The notes under the pieces are model-generated. The model saw only the letters and a program-made list of their open reading frames with translations, searched no databases and had not been told where the DNA came from. This document shows positions 50,241-64,000 of a stretch of 64,000 bases of DNA, piece by piece. Source of the stretch: Carcharhinus amblyrhynchos (lineage: Eukaryota); contig OZ336879.1 of assembly GCA_965287045.1 (NCBI GenBank), positions 49,786,001-49,850,000 of the forward strand, in the 5' to 3' direction. Within the stretch, counting starts at the first letter, position 1. Each line of letters opens with the position of its first letter. The translations under genes and the position numbers were made by a program.

Positions 50241-50834
50241 CCCCTGCAGTGTCCCACTGGATGTGCCACCAGATCCATGTTACAGAGCACTCAGGGACTC
50301 TGAGTTACTGTGGTGACATACACTTCTACATGCATGACCTAGTTTGAACCTATGGGTAGTGATGGTAGAAGGTCCAACCTTCTTTTTATTGCATGATTGC
50401 AGTCAGGCTGCAGACACCAAGGTAGTGCTAGAACAGGCAAAGGCAACAATAAAACAGGCACTAAAGGAATGCAAAGGGTAATTAGCTCAAGATAACTGAT
50501 GATCTTTTCTGCTGGTGACTTTTATTGCTGGATGTTAGCCAAGGGATTGTGGTGCGAGGGAGTTTCCAATGGATATGAGAGTGGAGAATAGACAACTGTA
50601 AGCCTATAGACTGTTGTAAGCATGAGCACAAATGACAAAGCAGTGAAAATCAGGGATGCATAATAGACTAGATTGAAGAAACAAGGAGATTATAGAAGAT
50701 TGACGGACTGGTGTAGATTACAGAGATTGGAAGGGCAAGGTGATAGAGGAATATGAAAGTGGGGATAATAATTTTAACGCATAGCCAGAAAAAGAAGCAA
50801 TGTAGGTCAGCAACTAAAGGGGTATATAAATTAG

Positions 50835-51620
50835 AGGTGTGCAACAATGCTGTTGTCAGGGGGACTTCAATGTCTGTGTAGTCTGGGCTTACTAAATCTG
50901 CGTTAATAATGTGGAGAATGAATTCATGGAATACTTAAAAAATAGTTTTCTAGATCATTATGCAGAGAAACCTACTAGATTATTTTGGATCTAATATTAT
51001 ACAATGAGACAGCGTTAAGTAATAACCTTGTTATAAAGGGGACTCTAAGGAAGAGTGACCGTGATATGACAGAATTCTATACTGAGTTTGAAAACAATTT
51101 AATTAAATTCTCAAAAAAGATTCTAATCTAAACAAAGCAAACTACGTAGGTGTGAGAGGGAAGCTGGTGACAATAGATTGACAAGCTAAATTAAAAGCTC
51201 TGTCAGAAGACAAACAATGGCTATCATTTAAAGAATGAATACATTGTTTGTAACATGTATGCATTTTTTTAGATCTTATGGCACAGAGGTGACAACTCTA
51301 TCTCTGGGCCAGAAGCGCTGGGCTCAAATTGCACTTCAGGACTTGATGGCCACAGAAGATGCATTCATAACATGATCAAACAGGTTGATTATCAGCCAGT
51401 AAATTTGTCTGCTATGCCTGATGGCAGGCAGTAAGAGCAGGAGAGTTTCCTGGTCCCCCGTACTACAGAAGGCAATGGCAAACCACTTCAATATATTGGC
51501 AAGCGTAAGTATGGAGGTGGCCACGGTCACTAATGCCTTCTTAAAACTTGATATCAGAAGGTGATGGATACATTTCCTTAAGGCATAAAAACCCCATAGG
51601 AAAAGTAATCCAAAAAAGGC
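50835..51620 (+). mobile_element. Old CR1 endonuclease-region fragment interrupted by an RTE-tailed SINE (~51275-51570)
   Basis: GDFN, ILDLIL, SD motifs; the SINE has GAAGGCAATGGCAAACCACTTC, an RTE/BovB-like 5' motif. Confidence 0.6.
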
Positions 51621-53386
51621 TAACGGGAAGAGCTAAAAATCGGCACCGAAAATTTCCATCCTTATCCTCGTCCATGATTTTCCGATGCCACTGAAACTGA
51701 ATGGAATTTCAGCTGGAACACCAAATTCTCCATTTTCTGTTCCAGTCAGGTAGGCATGACCAGATCAGAGAAACCCACCCAGTATTAGATCAAAAGCAAA
51801 AGACTTATATCACTTCCAAGTTGAGTAAATCAGAGATTGAGGGGATTTTAGAAATGTCTTTACCTTTCAGAGATATGATGATTTATAGGGCAAACTTGTA
51901 ACGCAAAAACTTTATAGTGTTTTGAAGAAATTCTGAGGACATCAAAGTTTAAATAGCTGACTATAATTTTGAAATGAAACCAGCCTTCGTGCCAGTCTAT
52001 ATCTTCTCTAGAAATGTCTGCCATGCATAATCTGGGTAAAGATCCAACATTATTGAATTCCAGCCATAACACTGCTTGGTAACACTCCAATTATGCATAT
52101 TTATGCAGGGTAATACATAAATCAGCTCCATCAGCTGAAAATTAGAGGCAAAACCATACTAATTACACAAACATAATATCTTTATTATAAGGTAAGGTAA
52201 TATTTGAGAAATACTATATATTTCTGGTATTTTCATCAGAATTTTCTACATTGATATAATCCTGCACATCTTCAATGAGACAGGAACTCTGCCCATACAT
52301 GATCCTAGTAGCTTTTCCAAGATTGGGAATGTCACCAAGCTCCCAGCAGGATTTGTGTTCCTGCAGTGGAGCCTGCCTCATACAATATGCCTAAAAGCAT
52401 ACCCTGGGGTGGCTAAAAAAGTGTGCAACTTATTTTTGATTTAAATCTTAAAGGGAATGGCAGATAAACTGATTACCAAGTGATGCTATCATATTTGGAC
52501 AAACATATTCTCCATCCTCATCATTTCTATTCTGATGGCCATTGGGGATCATCAATAGATCTCTCCATGAGCCTTGTAGAGTTTAAGGTCCCTTATTAGA
52601 CGAGTGGAGGCTCACCCAATAGGGAACAAGCAGCAGTAGGGGAGGGGGAGTGGTTTAAAACCAGCTGGCTCCACTCAGGTCAGCCGTCGAAAGATTCCGG
52701 AGCTTGACATGTATGCTGTAGCCTCAGAAGGGTGCTTTATGCACATTATAAATAAAGAGCATTGGTGATGAAAGACTGGCTCAGCCAGGTTATTATAGTT
52801 TCCAATGGAAAGTCCCAGAAGTGATAGAGCTGCATAGTGAGCTGTTAGAAGTACGAAGAATGACAATACAAGTAGGAAAGGAAAATTGTGTGCAGGTTGA
52901 ATGTTAACAAACGAGGAAGTAGAAAATTAAGTGCAGCGTAAACTAGAAAATTGCAGAAAACTGGAAATTTGGCTATGAAAGTGGCTGTGATTTTTCAATA
53001 ATGGCATTAAAAACATTTCCAAATTAGACATCGACTGAAATTAGAAAACATTAACTGAAATTTTGGTGCTATTGGATTACTAATGATTTAGATTCAATTT
53101 TGTAATAAACACATTCTCTACACAAATGCAATCTTTAGACCTGTAAGAACCAGAAGAAATAAGAGATTGCATTATAAGTATTAAAAACATAATGTTAGTT
53201 TAGATAAGAAGTCCATTCAATTTCCAGCATCAGTATCAAGCCATTCCTATTATTTTTAATACAAGCCATTTTAATCATACTCTCAAGAGTTTCTTTTATG
53301 ATTAAAATCTCTCTGCTTTATAAAGTTTTGCCTTTTTTTAACTTTATCCAACTTTAGGCAGATAATCCATCAAGCTGCTCATCTGA

Positions 53387-53690
53387 GGGCAACAGGTGGC
53401 ACAGCTTTTAGCACTGCTGCTTTACAGTGCTAGGGGCCTGGGTTCGATTTTTGGCTTGGGTCACTGTCTATGTAGAGTTTGCATGTTCTCCCCATATCTG
53501 CATGGGTTTCCTCCGGGTACTCTGGCTTCTTCACACAGTCCGAAAGATAGGCTGGTTAGATGCATTGGCCATGCTAAATTCTCCCTTAGTGTACCTGAAC
53601 GGGCGCAGGAATGTGATGACTTGGGGATTTTCACAATAACTTAATTGCAGTATTAATGTAAGCCTATTTGTGACTAATAAGTAAACTTTG
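53387..53690 (+). mobile_element. V-SINE variant
   Basis: tRNA head with GGTTCGATT B box, V core. Confidence 0.88.
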
Positions 53691-53929
53691 CTTTTGAATT
53701 TTCTTTGAATTATTTCTTCTTAAATTAGTGAAGACTTGATAGCTGGTTAAAACTTCTAAAATTATATCATGCTAATTGTGAGCTATTCGCGTTTCCTTCT
53801 GTATATAATCTTACTGCTTATTTACTCTGCAATTTCTTACCCTCTTCAGGACTCAGGGAGAGCAGAGGGCGAGGAGAAAACAGTGATGCAAAAATGTAGG
53901 GACAATGCAAATGATGAGAGGAACAATAA

Positions 53930-54067
53930 AGGTCAGAATTCTCCAATGTTGTATGCCACACCACTGTTGCCAGCGAGAACTGAGAATTTGGTGCTCAGCC
54001 AAACCTCCAGTCACAGCAGTGGGACTGAAGAAGCCCAGCTACGAGCAAGGTCAGAGAATCCCAGCCA
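53930..54067. mobile_element. Short MITE
   Basis: GGTCAGAATTCTCC...GAGAATCCCAGCC termini. Confidence 0.6.
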
Positions 54068-54268
54068 AAATCAGGCTGCCAAAGTGTGGGAATATCCAAG
54101 TTGGACATTCACAAAACACTAGGAGGAGCACTGAGATTTAGAAACATTGAAGAACATTCATTACTTGCAGAGATCAAACCTTAATTAACAGGTAATTAAT
54201 ACACCAAACTGAAGAAGAGGTATTTTCTCATTAACTACTGAGCACAATCGAGATACATCTGTAACTAT

Positions 54269-55034
54269 GGGCCCCATTCTTCCATCCCGCGCACATGTTT
54301 TTTGGGATGGAAGAATCGTGTCTCGGCCATTTTGCAGGATTCACGCATGCGTTCCTGACACATGCGAGTCTCGCACAGTCGGGACTGTGTTGGAAACCGG
54401 TGGGAAGAGTGGTAAGTCGTTTGAATCTGCTTTTAATGTATCTTAAATCTCATTATCAGGCCCTTCTCTGGGTCTGAAGGCATCTCCCACCCCGCCGGGG
54501 GTATGTCACTTCAGCGGGGTTTAGGGTAGCTCCCCACTTGCAGGAAACTAGCGGGAAACTCCACAGGAGTGAAGGGGGGGGGGGCAATCTGGGGCCCCAG
54601 GAGTTCAGGCAATGGGGGGGTGCCCCCTGAGCATGGGCACCCTGGCAATGCCAATGCCATCCCATGCCCTGGCACTGTCCAAAGGTAAAGAGGCCATGCC
54701 CGGGGAGACCTTGGCACTGCTCATCAAGCATCAAGCAGTGCCATGTGGGTGGGACCTGGAGACAGGAACTAGCAGGCAGGGGTGGGGCCTAGGGAAGGGC
54801 GGTACCCATGGGTGGGGCCTATAGTGGGCAGGGCCTAGGGGCAATCGATGGGAGAGGGAGGTCCTGCTGTCACCGGCATGAATAGACTCCGCCCCCAAGC
54901 TTTTAATGATATTCACAATTGTGACCTCGACAGTGCAGAGTGTGGAAGATTTGAGTCTGAAGTTGAACTGAGAAAACAGTCGTGAGTTACCCCAGTTTTC
55001 TCACCAACTCAGCGCTTTTTGGAGAGTTGGGCCC
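54269..55034. mobile_element. Harbinger-type non-autonomous element
   Basis: GGGCCCCATTCTTCC / GGAGAGTTGGGCCC TIRs, TSD TAT. Confidence 0.78.
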
Positions 55035-57094
55035 TATATTTGTTGTATATTACACTTCTGGCAGGTGTATAGCATTACCAGAACTCATTTCTTCCTGCTT
55101 ACACTTGGTCAAAATCTTCAGTTCCATCCAAAAATTGTTCCACTTCACCAGCGAGGCTCACTACAGTGACTCCATATCTCTTAAATCTCCAAAGGTCCCT
55201 TTCTTTTTGAGTAAAGAGCCAACTCTCAACTGGCATATACTATGAAAATAGTTCATTCTACTCCACAGGAGTAGCAGCTTTATTCCTCCACACAGCAATA
55301 ATTCCTTTGTCTTTCACTTTCTGTCTAACAGAGTAGGTTCCCCTTCAGATACGGTGGTAAAGTGTAGAAACTGTCACCTGATATTTTCAATCAGACAACC
55401 ATTAACAATAGTTTTCTGTTTCCCTTTGTTCCTCCATAGTTGCCAGATTACATAGGCCTGCCTCTGGATGGAGGTTTTGAGTGTAACCTCCCCACCCCTC
55501 CACCCCCCAACCCAATTTAGAACATTCTGTTTCACCCTAAGTTAAATGAGTTTTTTTTGAAACATAACCATCTTGTGAAACCTAAAGTTCATAAACAATT
55601 TGGAACAATTTGGCTGGAATCTTCTAGCCCTTCACACCAGTGGGATCTTTCAGTCCAATGGCTTGCTGTTTCGTATCCCTTTGATTTGTAATGAACTCAT
55701 TTCCTCACCCCCTAAGTCGATATTGGAAGATTTTTAATTGTTAGGATTGATAACATTTAACATCTTAATTTCTTCTGGCTTGGTGGCTTTGACAAAATAA
55801 TTTTTTCCCTCATTGTAAAATGCACCTTTAATGGGAAGAGTGCAACAACATAACACAAGAAGCTTCATGATAAATTCTGCATTAAAATTATCTCTGAAGA
55901 GAAGAAACCAGGACAGTGGAATTCAGTGGTTAATCAAATAGGTAAACAATAAGTCTTGTGCTCTTAGCATTTTCATGGTAGTACATTTACTGAAATTTAA
56001 AAGACAAAATGCTCAATATAAATATCAACTAATTGACAAAACTTCGTAGTTGATTGATCTGTTGTTCATATTTTAATAAGTTGTTTTGCTTTATTCCATA
56101 ATCCAAATCATAAAATGTATCTCTTGTGCATTTTTGTGTATTTTTAAGACTAACCTTGGTATTACCTAATTAACACTTTGTGATTTGCTCTGTTGTCCCT
56201 AATGTCTTTCAGCTGTGTGCCTATTCTAATCATAACCTTGGCCCTTCACCTAAAATTCTTAATTAATGTAACCTATGTTCAGAGATAAAAGATCAGCAAT
56301 GATACAGGCAAGTCTTAACATTTGGGCAATTCAAACAGATATGTACATAGGTACATACGTAAATATATATTACATCTTTGTAAATATATATCAAAGTATA
56401 CATATAAGTAGAGATATATATATATATAATCAAATAGGACAACATTTTTTTTCAAATTTAATAAATGTTAATTCTCCGTGGAATAACTACGCCAGGCTGG
56501 TTTTGTTGACTGCAACTTCAAATCAATGTTGACACTCGTTGAGCCTTAGTAGCTATCACAGGAAAGATTATACTATTCATAGAATAACGAAGTAGCAATC
56601 ATGCTTAGAAATATGCAAATTGAACCAAATGAAACTGCCTATGCCTCTAAAGTCACATTGGTTCAAAGTGAGAATATGTACAAGCATGACCCTTCAAAAT
56701 TTATTATTGTGACTAGTAATGCACTTCAGAATTCATTTTTACAACACTCCAGGCCTATATTTTGCATTTATAGTCCAAAAAGCTGTGACACAAGAAATAA
56801 GAGCAGGAGTATGCTACTTGGCTTATCAAGCCTGCTCCACCATTCAGTGTTATCATGACTGACCTTAGGCTTCAACTCCAATTTCCCACCCACTCCCCAT
56901 ATCCCTCAATTCCCTGACAAACCTAAACTTTGTCTATCCAAACCTTACATATATTGTCAATGATGGAACTACCACAACCTTCTGAGTTAGAGAGTTCTCA
57001 AGATTTACAACTCTTTAACTGAAGAAATTTCTCATTATTTTAGTCCAAAATGATTGACCCCCTTATTCTGAGACTGTTCCCCACGTGATCTGAG

Positions 57095-57432
57095 GGAGGC
57101 GATGGCCTGGTGGTATTATCACAAGACTATTAATCCAGAAACTCAGCAAATGCTCTGGGGATCTGAGTTTGAATCCCATCATAGCAGATGGTGGAACTTG
57201 AATTCAGTAAAAGGTATCTGGAATAAAGAATCTGCTGATGACCATGAGAACATTATTGGTGATCAGAAAAAAACCATCTGGTTTACTAATACCCTTTAGG
57301 GAAGGTCTGGCCTACATATGACTCCAGAGTCACAGCAATGTGGTTGACTCTTAACTGCCCTCAGGCAACTAGGGATGGGCAATAAATGCTGGCCAGCCAA
57401 CGATGCTCATGTCCCATGAATGAATAAAAAAA
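57095..57432 (+). mobile_element. tRNA-derived SINE, same family as 44547
   Basis: Colinear with 44547-44908. Confidence 0.85.
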
Positions 57433-57454
57433 CTCATAAGCCAGTAGAAACAAT

Positions 57455-58565
57455 GGGGGCGATTCTCCCAAAAGTGCAGAATTGGTGGGAAAACTATTCT
57501 AACTCCTGACTGTTCTGACAGTTCAGCTTCTCACCTGAATCTCCACACTTTATGCATTGCAGAGGTCCCAGTCGTGATTATCATTAAAAACCCAGGGGGC
57601 GGAGCCTATTCACACGAGAGTCTGACGGTTCTGGAACTCTGCGCATGTGCAGTGGCCCCAAACTGTCAAACTCCCATTTGCTGGCCAGATCAATCCCTGG
57701 CCAGCCTGGGAGCCCTGCAGTGCTGCCTCTCCAACACCCCCCCCCCCCCCCCCACAGCCTGATCACAGCCCCCACAGCAATTCCTGGGCCAGCACTGCCT
57801 CCCACCACCATCCTGGTGTGCCTCAATGCCCAGACCCCAACCCCCAGCAGTTCAAGTGTGGCAATCTCCCACACCCTTCACCCTGGCAGACCCTCCACCT
57901 CACTGACCTCCGCCCCCCGCCAGGTCAGATGCAGGCCCTTCCCCCAGCTGACCACGACCACCACCCCCCACAGCCCACCCCAATCATTGCCCTCCTTCCA
58001 TCACAGACCCATCCCAGTGCAAGTGGCTGTGGGGCCCCCACCCCCACCGATTGCCCCGCGGCCTGCCCACAGTAGACCCTGCCCCCTTGGCAGTGCCCGA
58101 TGCCTACTGGGCAGTGCCAAGATGCCCTCTGGGCATGGACACTTTGCCCCTTTAGCAGTGCCAGGGACACATGCTAGCATTGCCAGGGTTCCCATGCCCA
58201 ATGGGCACCACCCCTGCTGTCTGGCCCCTGGGGAGTCCTAATTGACCCACCATCCATTCCGATGGGTCTCCCGCTAGTTCCTCAGACGTGGGGAGCTAGT
58301 CTGAACCCCACCACAATGAAATACTCCCGGTGGTATAGGAGATTCAATTGGGATCTGAACGGTCCCAATAATGAACACAGGTACATATTCTAAATACAGG
58401 CGGGAAAGATTGAAATTACTCCGGTTTCCAGTGACTGCTCGCCAGCTCTGGGAGATGTGCATGCATTCCCAGCACATGCGCAAATCCCCATTCAAAGCTG
58501 CGGACGCGCGTGTCCCGCCACGTCCCACTAGTAAAGTTGTGGGTCACAGTGGGAGAATCGCGGCC
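57455..58565. mobile_element. Harbinger-type non-autonomous element
   Basis: GGGGGCGATTCTCCC / GGGAGAATCGCGGCC TIRs; related to 11044-12074. Confidence 0.8.
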
Positions 58566-59419
58566 AACCTCTCAATGTCTAGCCTGTAAGGACTTTTCAG
58601 AATCTTGTATGTTTCCATAAGATTGCCTTGCGTTATTCTAACTCCCAGAGAATATTGGCCCAATTTACTCAACCTCTCATCATTAGCTAATCCTCTTGTC
58701 CCAAGGGTGGATTTCATGGACCTTCCCTATGCTGCCTCAATGCAATCATATCCTTTCTTACATATGGAGACGAAAGTTTCACACTGTACTTCAATAGTGG
58801 TCTCAGCAAAGCCCTGCCCAATTGCAGCAAGACTTCTTTATTCATGTACTTAATCCCCTTGTAATAAAGGCCAACATGCCAATTGCCTTCTTAATTGCCA
58901 CTAAACCTACCTGCTAACTTTGTAGGGTCCTTGTGTGTATGGTACACCAAAATCTCTCTGAACGTCAACATTAAAAGCTTCAGGCCTTTAAAAACATCTG
59001 TTTGTCTATTCTTATGAGCAAAGTGAATAACTTCCCATTTCCAATATTGTATTACTTCTTCCCCCTTATTTTCTAATTGTTTAACCTGTCTATATCTCTT
59101 CACACTTCTCTGTATCCTCCTCACAACTTACATATCCACCTTGCTGATTTGTCAGCAAACTCAGATACAATACTTTCTCTTCATTTGAGTCATTTGTGTA
59201 GATTGTAACTAGATAGACTGTTAACATGAAAGGAGCTGGTGATGCAAAATTGATAACTGTGGATATCTTGTCTGCCTCTGGCAGTTCTATCCCTGTAGGA
59301 GATTTTGAAAACAGGATTCCTTGAAACAGAAGGAACATCTCTGAGACTGCATGTCTCACCTACAGAAGCAGATCTTCATCATCATTGGCAAGCAACTGTG
59401 GGTGAGTCCATAGGTAAAA

Positions 59420-61390
59420 TTGGCAGCATATTGATGTTGCAAGTACTGAAGACTTGTGCTCCAGAACTAGCCACACATCTAGCCAAATTGTTCAAGTGTA
59501 ACTACAACACTGGCATCCATTTGGTAATGTAGAAAATTGCCCAGGCATGTACTGTCATCAAATCCAACCAAGCCAATTATCACTCTATTTGCCTATTCTC
59601 AATCACCAGCAAAGCGATGGAAGGTGTTGTCGACAGTGGGACTTACACAGCAAAACTGATCAGTTCTAGTTTCCCCTCTGTGCTCCATTGATAACCCTGA
59701 GTTGATATCCTAATATTTTCTATCAGGGCCACTCGAATCCCATTACAATGTTTGTCCAAACATGGACAAAAGACCTAAACTCAAAGTGAGATGCGAGTGA
59801 CTATCCTTGACATTAGGGCCATGTTTGACCAAGCATGGCATCAAGGAATCCTAGCAAATCTGGACTTAATGGGAATCAGGAGAAAAACCCTCAACTTCTT
59901 GGAGTGATATCTGGCACAAAGGAAGATATTTGTAGTTGTAACAGGAAATTACTGCAGGAGTTCCTCAGGCTAATGCCCAACTATCTTCAGCATTTTTATC
60001 AATGGTCTTCCTTCCATTATAAGGTCAGAAGTGGGATGTTCTCTGATGATTGCATGGTGTTCAGTACCATTCATGACTTCTCAGACACTGAAGCAATCTG
60101 TGTCCATATGCAGCAAGACCTGGACATTAACCGAGCTTGAGTTGATAACTGGCAAGTAATATTCATGCCAAACAAGTGCCTGCAGTGACCATCTCCAACA
60201 AGTGAAAAATAACAATCTGCCCTTGAAATTCAATGGCAGTACTGTCACTGAGACCTTCACCATCAACATCCTGGGGCTTACTTTCAACGGGAAATTGAAC
60301 TGGACCAACCATATAAGTTCTGTGGCTCCAAGAGCAGGTTAGAGGCTGGGAATCTTGAAGAGATTCCCCAAAGTCTGTCCACCATCGACAAGGTACAAAG
60401 TAAGGAATCTGATGAAATACTTGCTGGAATGAATTCAGCTCCAACAACTTTCTAGAAGCTGGACACCATCCAGGACAAAGCAGCCCACTTGATTGGCATC
60501 CCATCTACATTGCTTCAAATTCACTCCATCCATCACTGACACACAGGGCCTATTTCACAATTTTGATTCTAATTGCTAGGTGGACTTGAAACTGGGAGTG
60601 TTTCAGACCTGACTTTTAGATCTGTTCTGAGGCACCTCTACATGCATCCTGGGCCCTATATTACCACTGTTATGCAAAGGTTTGGTAAAGTTGGGCATGA
60701 GGCGAGTAGCGCAATCTGTGCCTGCCTCCGTACCAGTTCCCCCTTTACCAAGGCCCGAAAATGGCTGCAATTGGGACCGCACCTGAAATGGGCATGACAG
60801 CTATTTAAATGCATTTGACTGCATTTAAATCGATTTAATGGGCTGCACGCTCAACTTTACCGGCACTCCCCCTTTTCGCCCATCCAGAATCAATGTGAAA
60901 CAGATGTGCTCCAATTCGGGCATGTCAGTTAGCGAGGAGGAAAGTGCCCAGTGTCTGACAGCTCTCTGCTTGATGTCGGTTGGGTTGCACAATGTGATGG
61001 TAAAATTTGGCCCACAATCGTAGCAGTAAGAGCCATTTACCAGATGCACTGGAGGAAGTCACCAAGGCTCCTTTGACAACAGCTTCCAAACCTGTAATAT
61101 CTACCACCTAAAAGGGCAAAAGCGACAGATTCATAGGATCACCACCACCTTCAAGTTCTCCCCCAAGTCGCACAGCATCCTGACTTGGAACTTCATCACC
61201 ATTCTCTCACTGTCACTGAGTGAATTTCATGGAACTCCCTTCCTAACTGCACTGCGGGCCTAAAATACATAGTCTGCAGCAATTCAAGAATGCAGATCAC
61301 CATCACCTTCTCACAGCCTTTTAGGGATGGACAATAAATGCTGGCATAGCCAGAAATGCTCACATGCTATGAATAAATCAAAAAAAAAAG
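59420..61390 (+). mobile_element. Degraded CR1/L2-group LINE (second family), interrupted by a MITE
   Basis: LKTCAPELA..LAKLF, FD..WHQG, FSDDC, KLDTIQDKA; tail GGACAATAAATGCTGGC...ATGAAT plus poly-A. Confidence 0.8.
60546..61013. mobile_element. Harbinger-type MITE related to the termini of 24373-28402
   Basis: GGGCCTATTTCACAATTTTGATTCTAA / TGGTAAAATTTGGCCC, TSD ACA. Confidence 0.72.
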
Positions 61391-62124
61391 TTTCTGTTTC
61401 TATTTGATCTCTCTAGCATTCCATTTTTGTTCTTTATCTTATTCCGATAAATAAGAAATGGCACTGAAATAAATCATCTGAGCCTGCAATTGAATTGTAG
61501 TAAAATGAAATGATTACTGCAGCTTTGAGGGAACTCTTCCCAATAGAAGAGAACCTTTCTGGCCTTTAACACATAATTGAAATAGGTGAGATTAGTGCAC
61601 AGCGCAAGCATTTGGGAAAACCACAGGCTTTCTTCCTTAATACCTGCCACTGCCAATAATTTGAACACATAATGAGTCTCACACACTCTGTGCAACAGAA
61701 TGCACCACAGCAGGCAACCAGGTCGGGAAATTGTGATAAAGTATGGAGCGGATGGAACAGAAGACCATATCTGAACTCTTGATTTTCTACCTACTGGCAT
61801 AATCCCTGCTGGGAAAAGCACTTTTGCTGACAAAAATTTCCAGGTTCAAAACAGACTGAAGAATAAACATTTTTTTTGTATAGGACTTGTAATAAAGTAA
61901 AGAGACAAAACTAAGAAATGTTTGAAAGTCAAAGACAAGATAATGGAATATTGCCCAAAAGCGTGGTCAAAGGATTTTGGATGAAGCATCTTTGGGGCTC
62001 ATATCCTTCCCATACAATCCTGCCCCCCACCTTAAACCTGAGGGGAATTTTTAACACTTATTTGTCAGGTGAAACAAACCAAACTAGCAGCACTTCCATC
62101 TGAAAGGATGCCAAGGATATAAAT

Positions 62125-62485
62125 AGGGCAGCACGATAGCACATGGCGGAATGGTAGCACAGTGATTAGCACTGCTGCTTCACAGCTCCAGAGACCTGGG
62201 TTCGATTCCTGGCTTGGGTCACTGTGTGGTGTTTGCTTATTCTCCTCGCGCCTGTGTGTGTTTCCTCCAGGTGCTCTGGTTTCCTCCCACAGTCCAAAGA
62301 TGTGTGGGTTAGGTTGAATGACTATGCTAATATTGCCCCTTAGTGTCCAGAGATACGTAGGTTAGAGGGATTAGTGGATAAATATGTAGGGATATGGGGA
62401 TGGGGCCTGGGTGGGATTGTGGTGGGTGCAGACTCGATGAGCCAGATGGCCTCTTTCTGCACTGTAAGTTTTCTATGATTCTATG
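62125..62485 (+). mobile_element. V-SINE (HE1-like)
   Basis: Head with a partial duplication, GGTTCGATTCC B box, V core, TTCTATGA tail. Confidence 0.9.
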
Positions 62486-62801
62486 AGATGACCTCAGTAC
62501 CTATTCTTAACCTTCTCATGTGCATCACTACTATTTAAGTAGCGTTGAAAATATCCATTTTGTAAGGAGTTCCAGTATAGTTTCTCTAAAATTCTGCTAT
62601 CTGCAGTGCCATAGAAAGACATATATTTTTTAGTTTTATTGACCAACTCCCCCCCCCCACTGCAAATTCTAGAGGTGGGGCGAAAGTCACTGCCCTTAAC
62701 ATTAAGGCAGCACTTCAGTACTTTACAGGTGTTACGATTCTATAGTAATGTTTATGCCATAAATTCCCTTTGACTGATGCAAAGGAATTGCACAAGATTT
62801 T

Positions 62802-62927
62802 GGGAGGGATTCTGTAGCTGCACTCACCCTAAAACCGGAGAATCCAGCCCAAGGTCATTGGACCATTGTGTGGTCCACCCCCTGCCCACTACAATTTCTG
62901 TGGCTGATGGGACTGGAGGATTCCCCC
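62802..62927. mobile_element. Short MITE
   Basis: GGGAGGGATTCT...GGATTCCCCC termini; family of 5890-6022. Confidence 0.6.
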
Positions 62928-63781
62928 CTTCATGTTTTAACCTTTTATTGTAGCAAATACACTAAAATCAACAGTACTTAGTCAGCAGCCAATACATCAA
63001 ACTACAGAAAAGGTATTCCTTATTAACTTTGTATCACAACTAAGAACCCCACGCAATATGTATACATGAAACCAGACTTTCTGCAGAAATATAGAGGGAT
63101 TCTTGGCGGGCAGGACCTGAAAATTTGGAGAGAGACCAAAAGTTGGGTTTCTGCCAGCAGGAAAACAGGCTGGAATTTTCCCCTTAGCACTTTCATAGTG
63201 AGCTGATGGCAGGTTGGATTTCCCGCTGATACATGCCGGGAACACTATTTGCATACATTAGCATGTCATGAATACTCATTAAAGATAACAGTCACTGGAA
63301 TTACTTTCGCCCTACCAATTACTGGGTATAAGTAGCAGTCCACCTTCTCTTTGCTCCTCCCTTTGAGATGAGTGCAACATTCAAAGCTTCCTGGCAACAA
63401 CACTGTTTTAGGTCATCCATGATGGTAAAGCTGATGTGTCAGGCCTGACAAGTAGTGGGCTGCTCATGCTGGTTTCTGTGAGTATAGAGTTGGGTTTCTT
63501 ACGGTGGACAGCATTCAATGTGTGCTGCAGATCTCAGACAGACTCCAACATACCGATTTGAATGGTAGGGGTTTGGGGGGACATTGACAGGGACATGAGG
63601 GTGAAAGGCACAAGTGGGGGTTAGGGAGATGACAGGCAAAGGAGAGATTGGGCATGGGAAATTTGGAGCCCAACAGGAAACTGCTCCAATCACTCAATGT
63701 TCAGTTGGTGGACAATTATCAAATGCAGATCTTGCATGTTTGTGCTGGATACTCTGGGCGTTCCCATGACTTCTACATACT

Positions 63782-64000
63782 GGGCCTGATTTTACCATTT
63801 TTATTGTAAGTGCCGAATCTGGGTGTAATGTAAATCAAATTTAGAAATCTGCTTTCAGGCGCCCCCAAAAGCTCTCAGCCATCTCCAGTCCCGTTTGCGC
63901 TGTGAGCGGGGCTTAGCACGGCCGAAATGATCGGAGCTCTGAACTGCGCATGCACAGTTAGAAAAAAAAATTGAAAAAGCACAGCTGTGTCAGATCACTC
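63782..64000. mobile_element. Left end of a Harbinger-type element, truncated by the window
   Basis: GGGCCTGATTTTACCATTTTTATTGTAAGTGCCG, homologous to the 24373 terminus. Confidence 0.75.

Larger units (their letters stand above)
56790..59215 (-). mobile_element. Old CR1 3' fragment split by a SINE and a MITE
   Basis: CR1 tail at 56790-56900; minus-strand RT C-terminal remnants at 58570-59215. Confidence 0.72.

Noticed and set aside
53769-54122. 117-aa ORF with hydrophobic N-terminus and strong acceptor at 53849
   Set aside because: Its central part is a MITE (53930-54067) and the hydrophobic start is just a pyrimidine tract.
1-64000. CRISPR arrays, rRNA, operons or other prokaryotic systems
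   Set aside because: None seen; the DNA is vertebrate intergenic or intronic sequence.

Overview
Eukaryotic, repeat-saturated DNA, almost certainly from a cartilaginous fish (inferred from HE1-type V-SINEs, shark-type CR1 tails and GGG...CCC Harbinger MITEs). No host protein-coding exon could be supported. The window opens with a young, apparently full-length CR1-clade LINE (about 1-4548) with intact ORF1 and ORF2. Five features of it stand out. (1) ORF2 has no AUG before its endonuclease domain, and a tandem -1 slippery site G_GGU_UUA_AAC followed by G-tracts sits at the ORF1/ORF2 overlap. (2) A consensus splice donor just before ORF1 and a textbook branch/pyrimidine/AG acceptor just after ORF2 would place both ORFs inside one 3.9-kb intron. 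(3) Its 3' UTR contains a V-SINE head and core. (4) Its ORF1 SGNH esterase has lost the catalytic residues. (5) Its 5' end has an ETS palindrome and a TATA box. The rest is nested TE debris: Gypsy relics, Penelope elements inserted as inverted structures with minimal hammerhead ribozymes, a 4-kb two-gene Harbinger, many MITEs, Rex1/Babar, RTE-X-like and CR1 fragments, SINEs, and two unexplained long inverted repeats. Coordinates were read by eye; boundaries of old relics are approximate.
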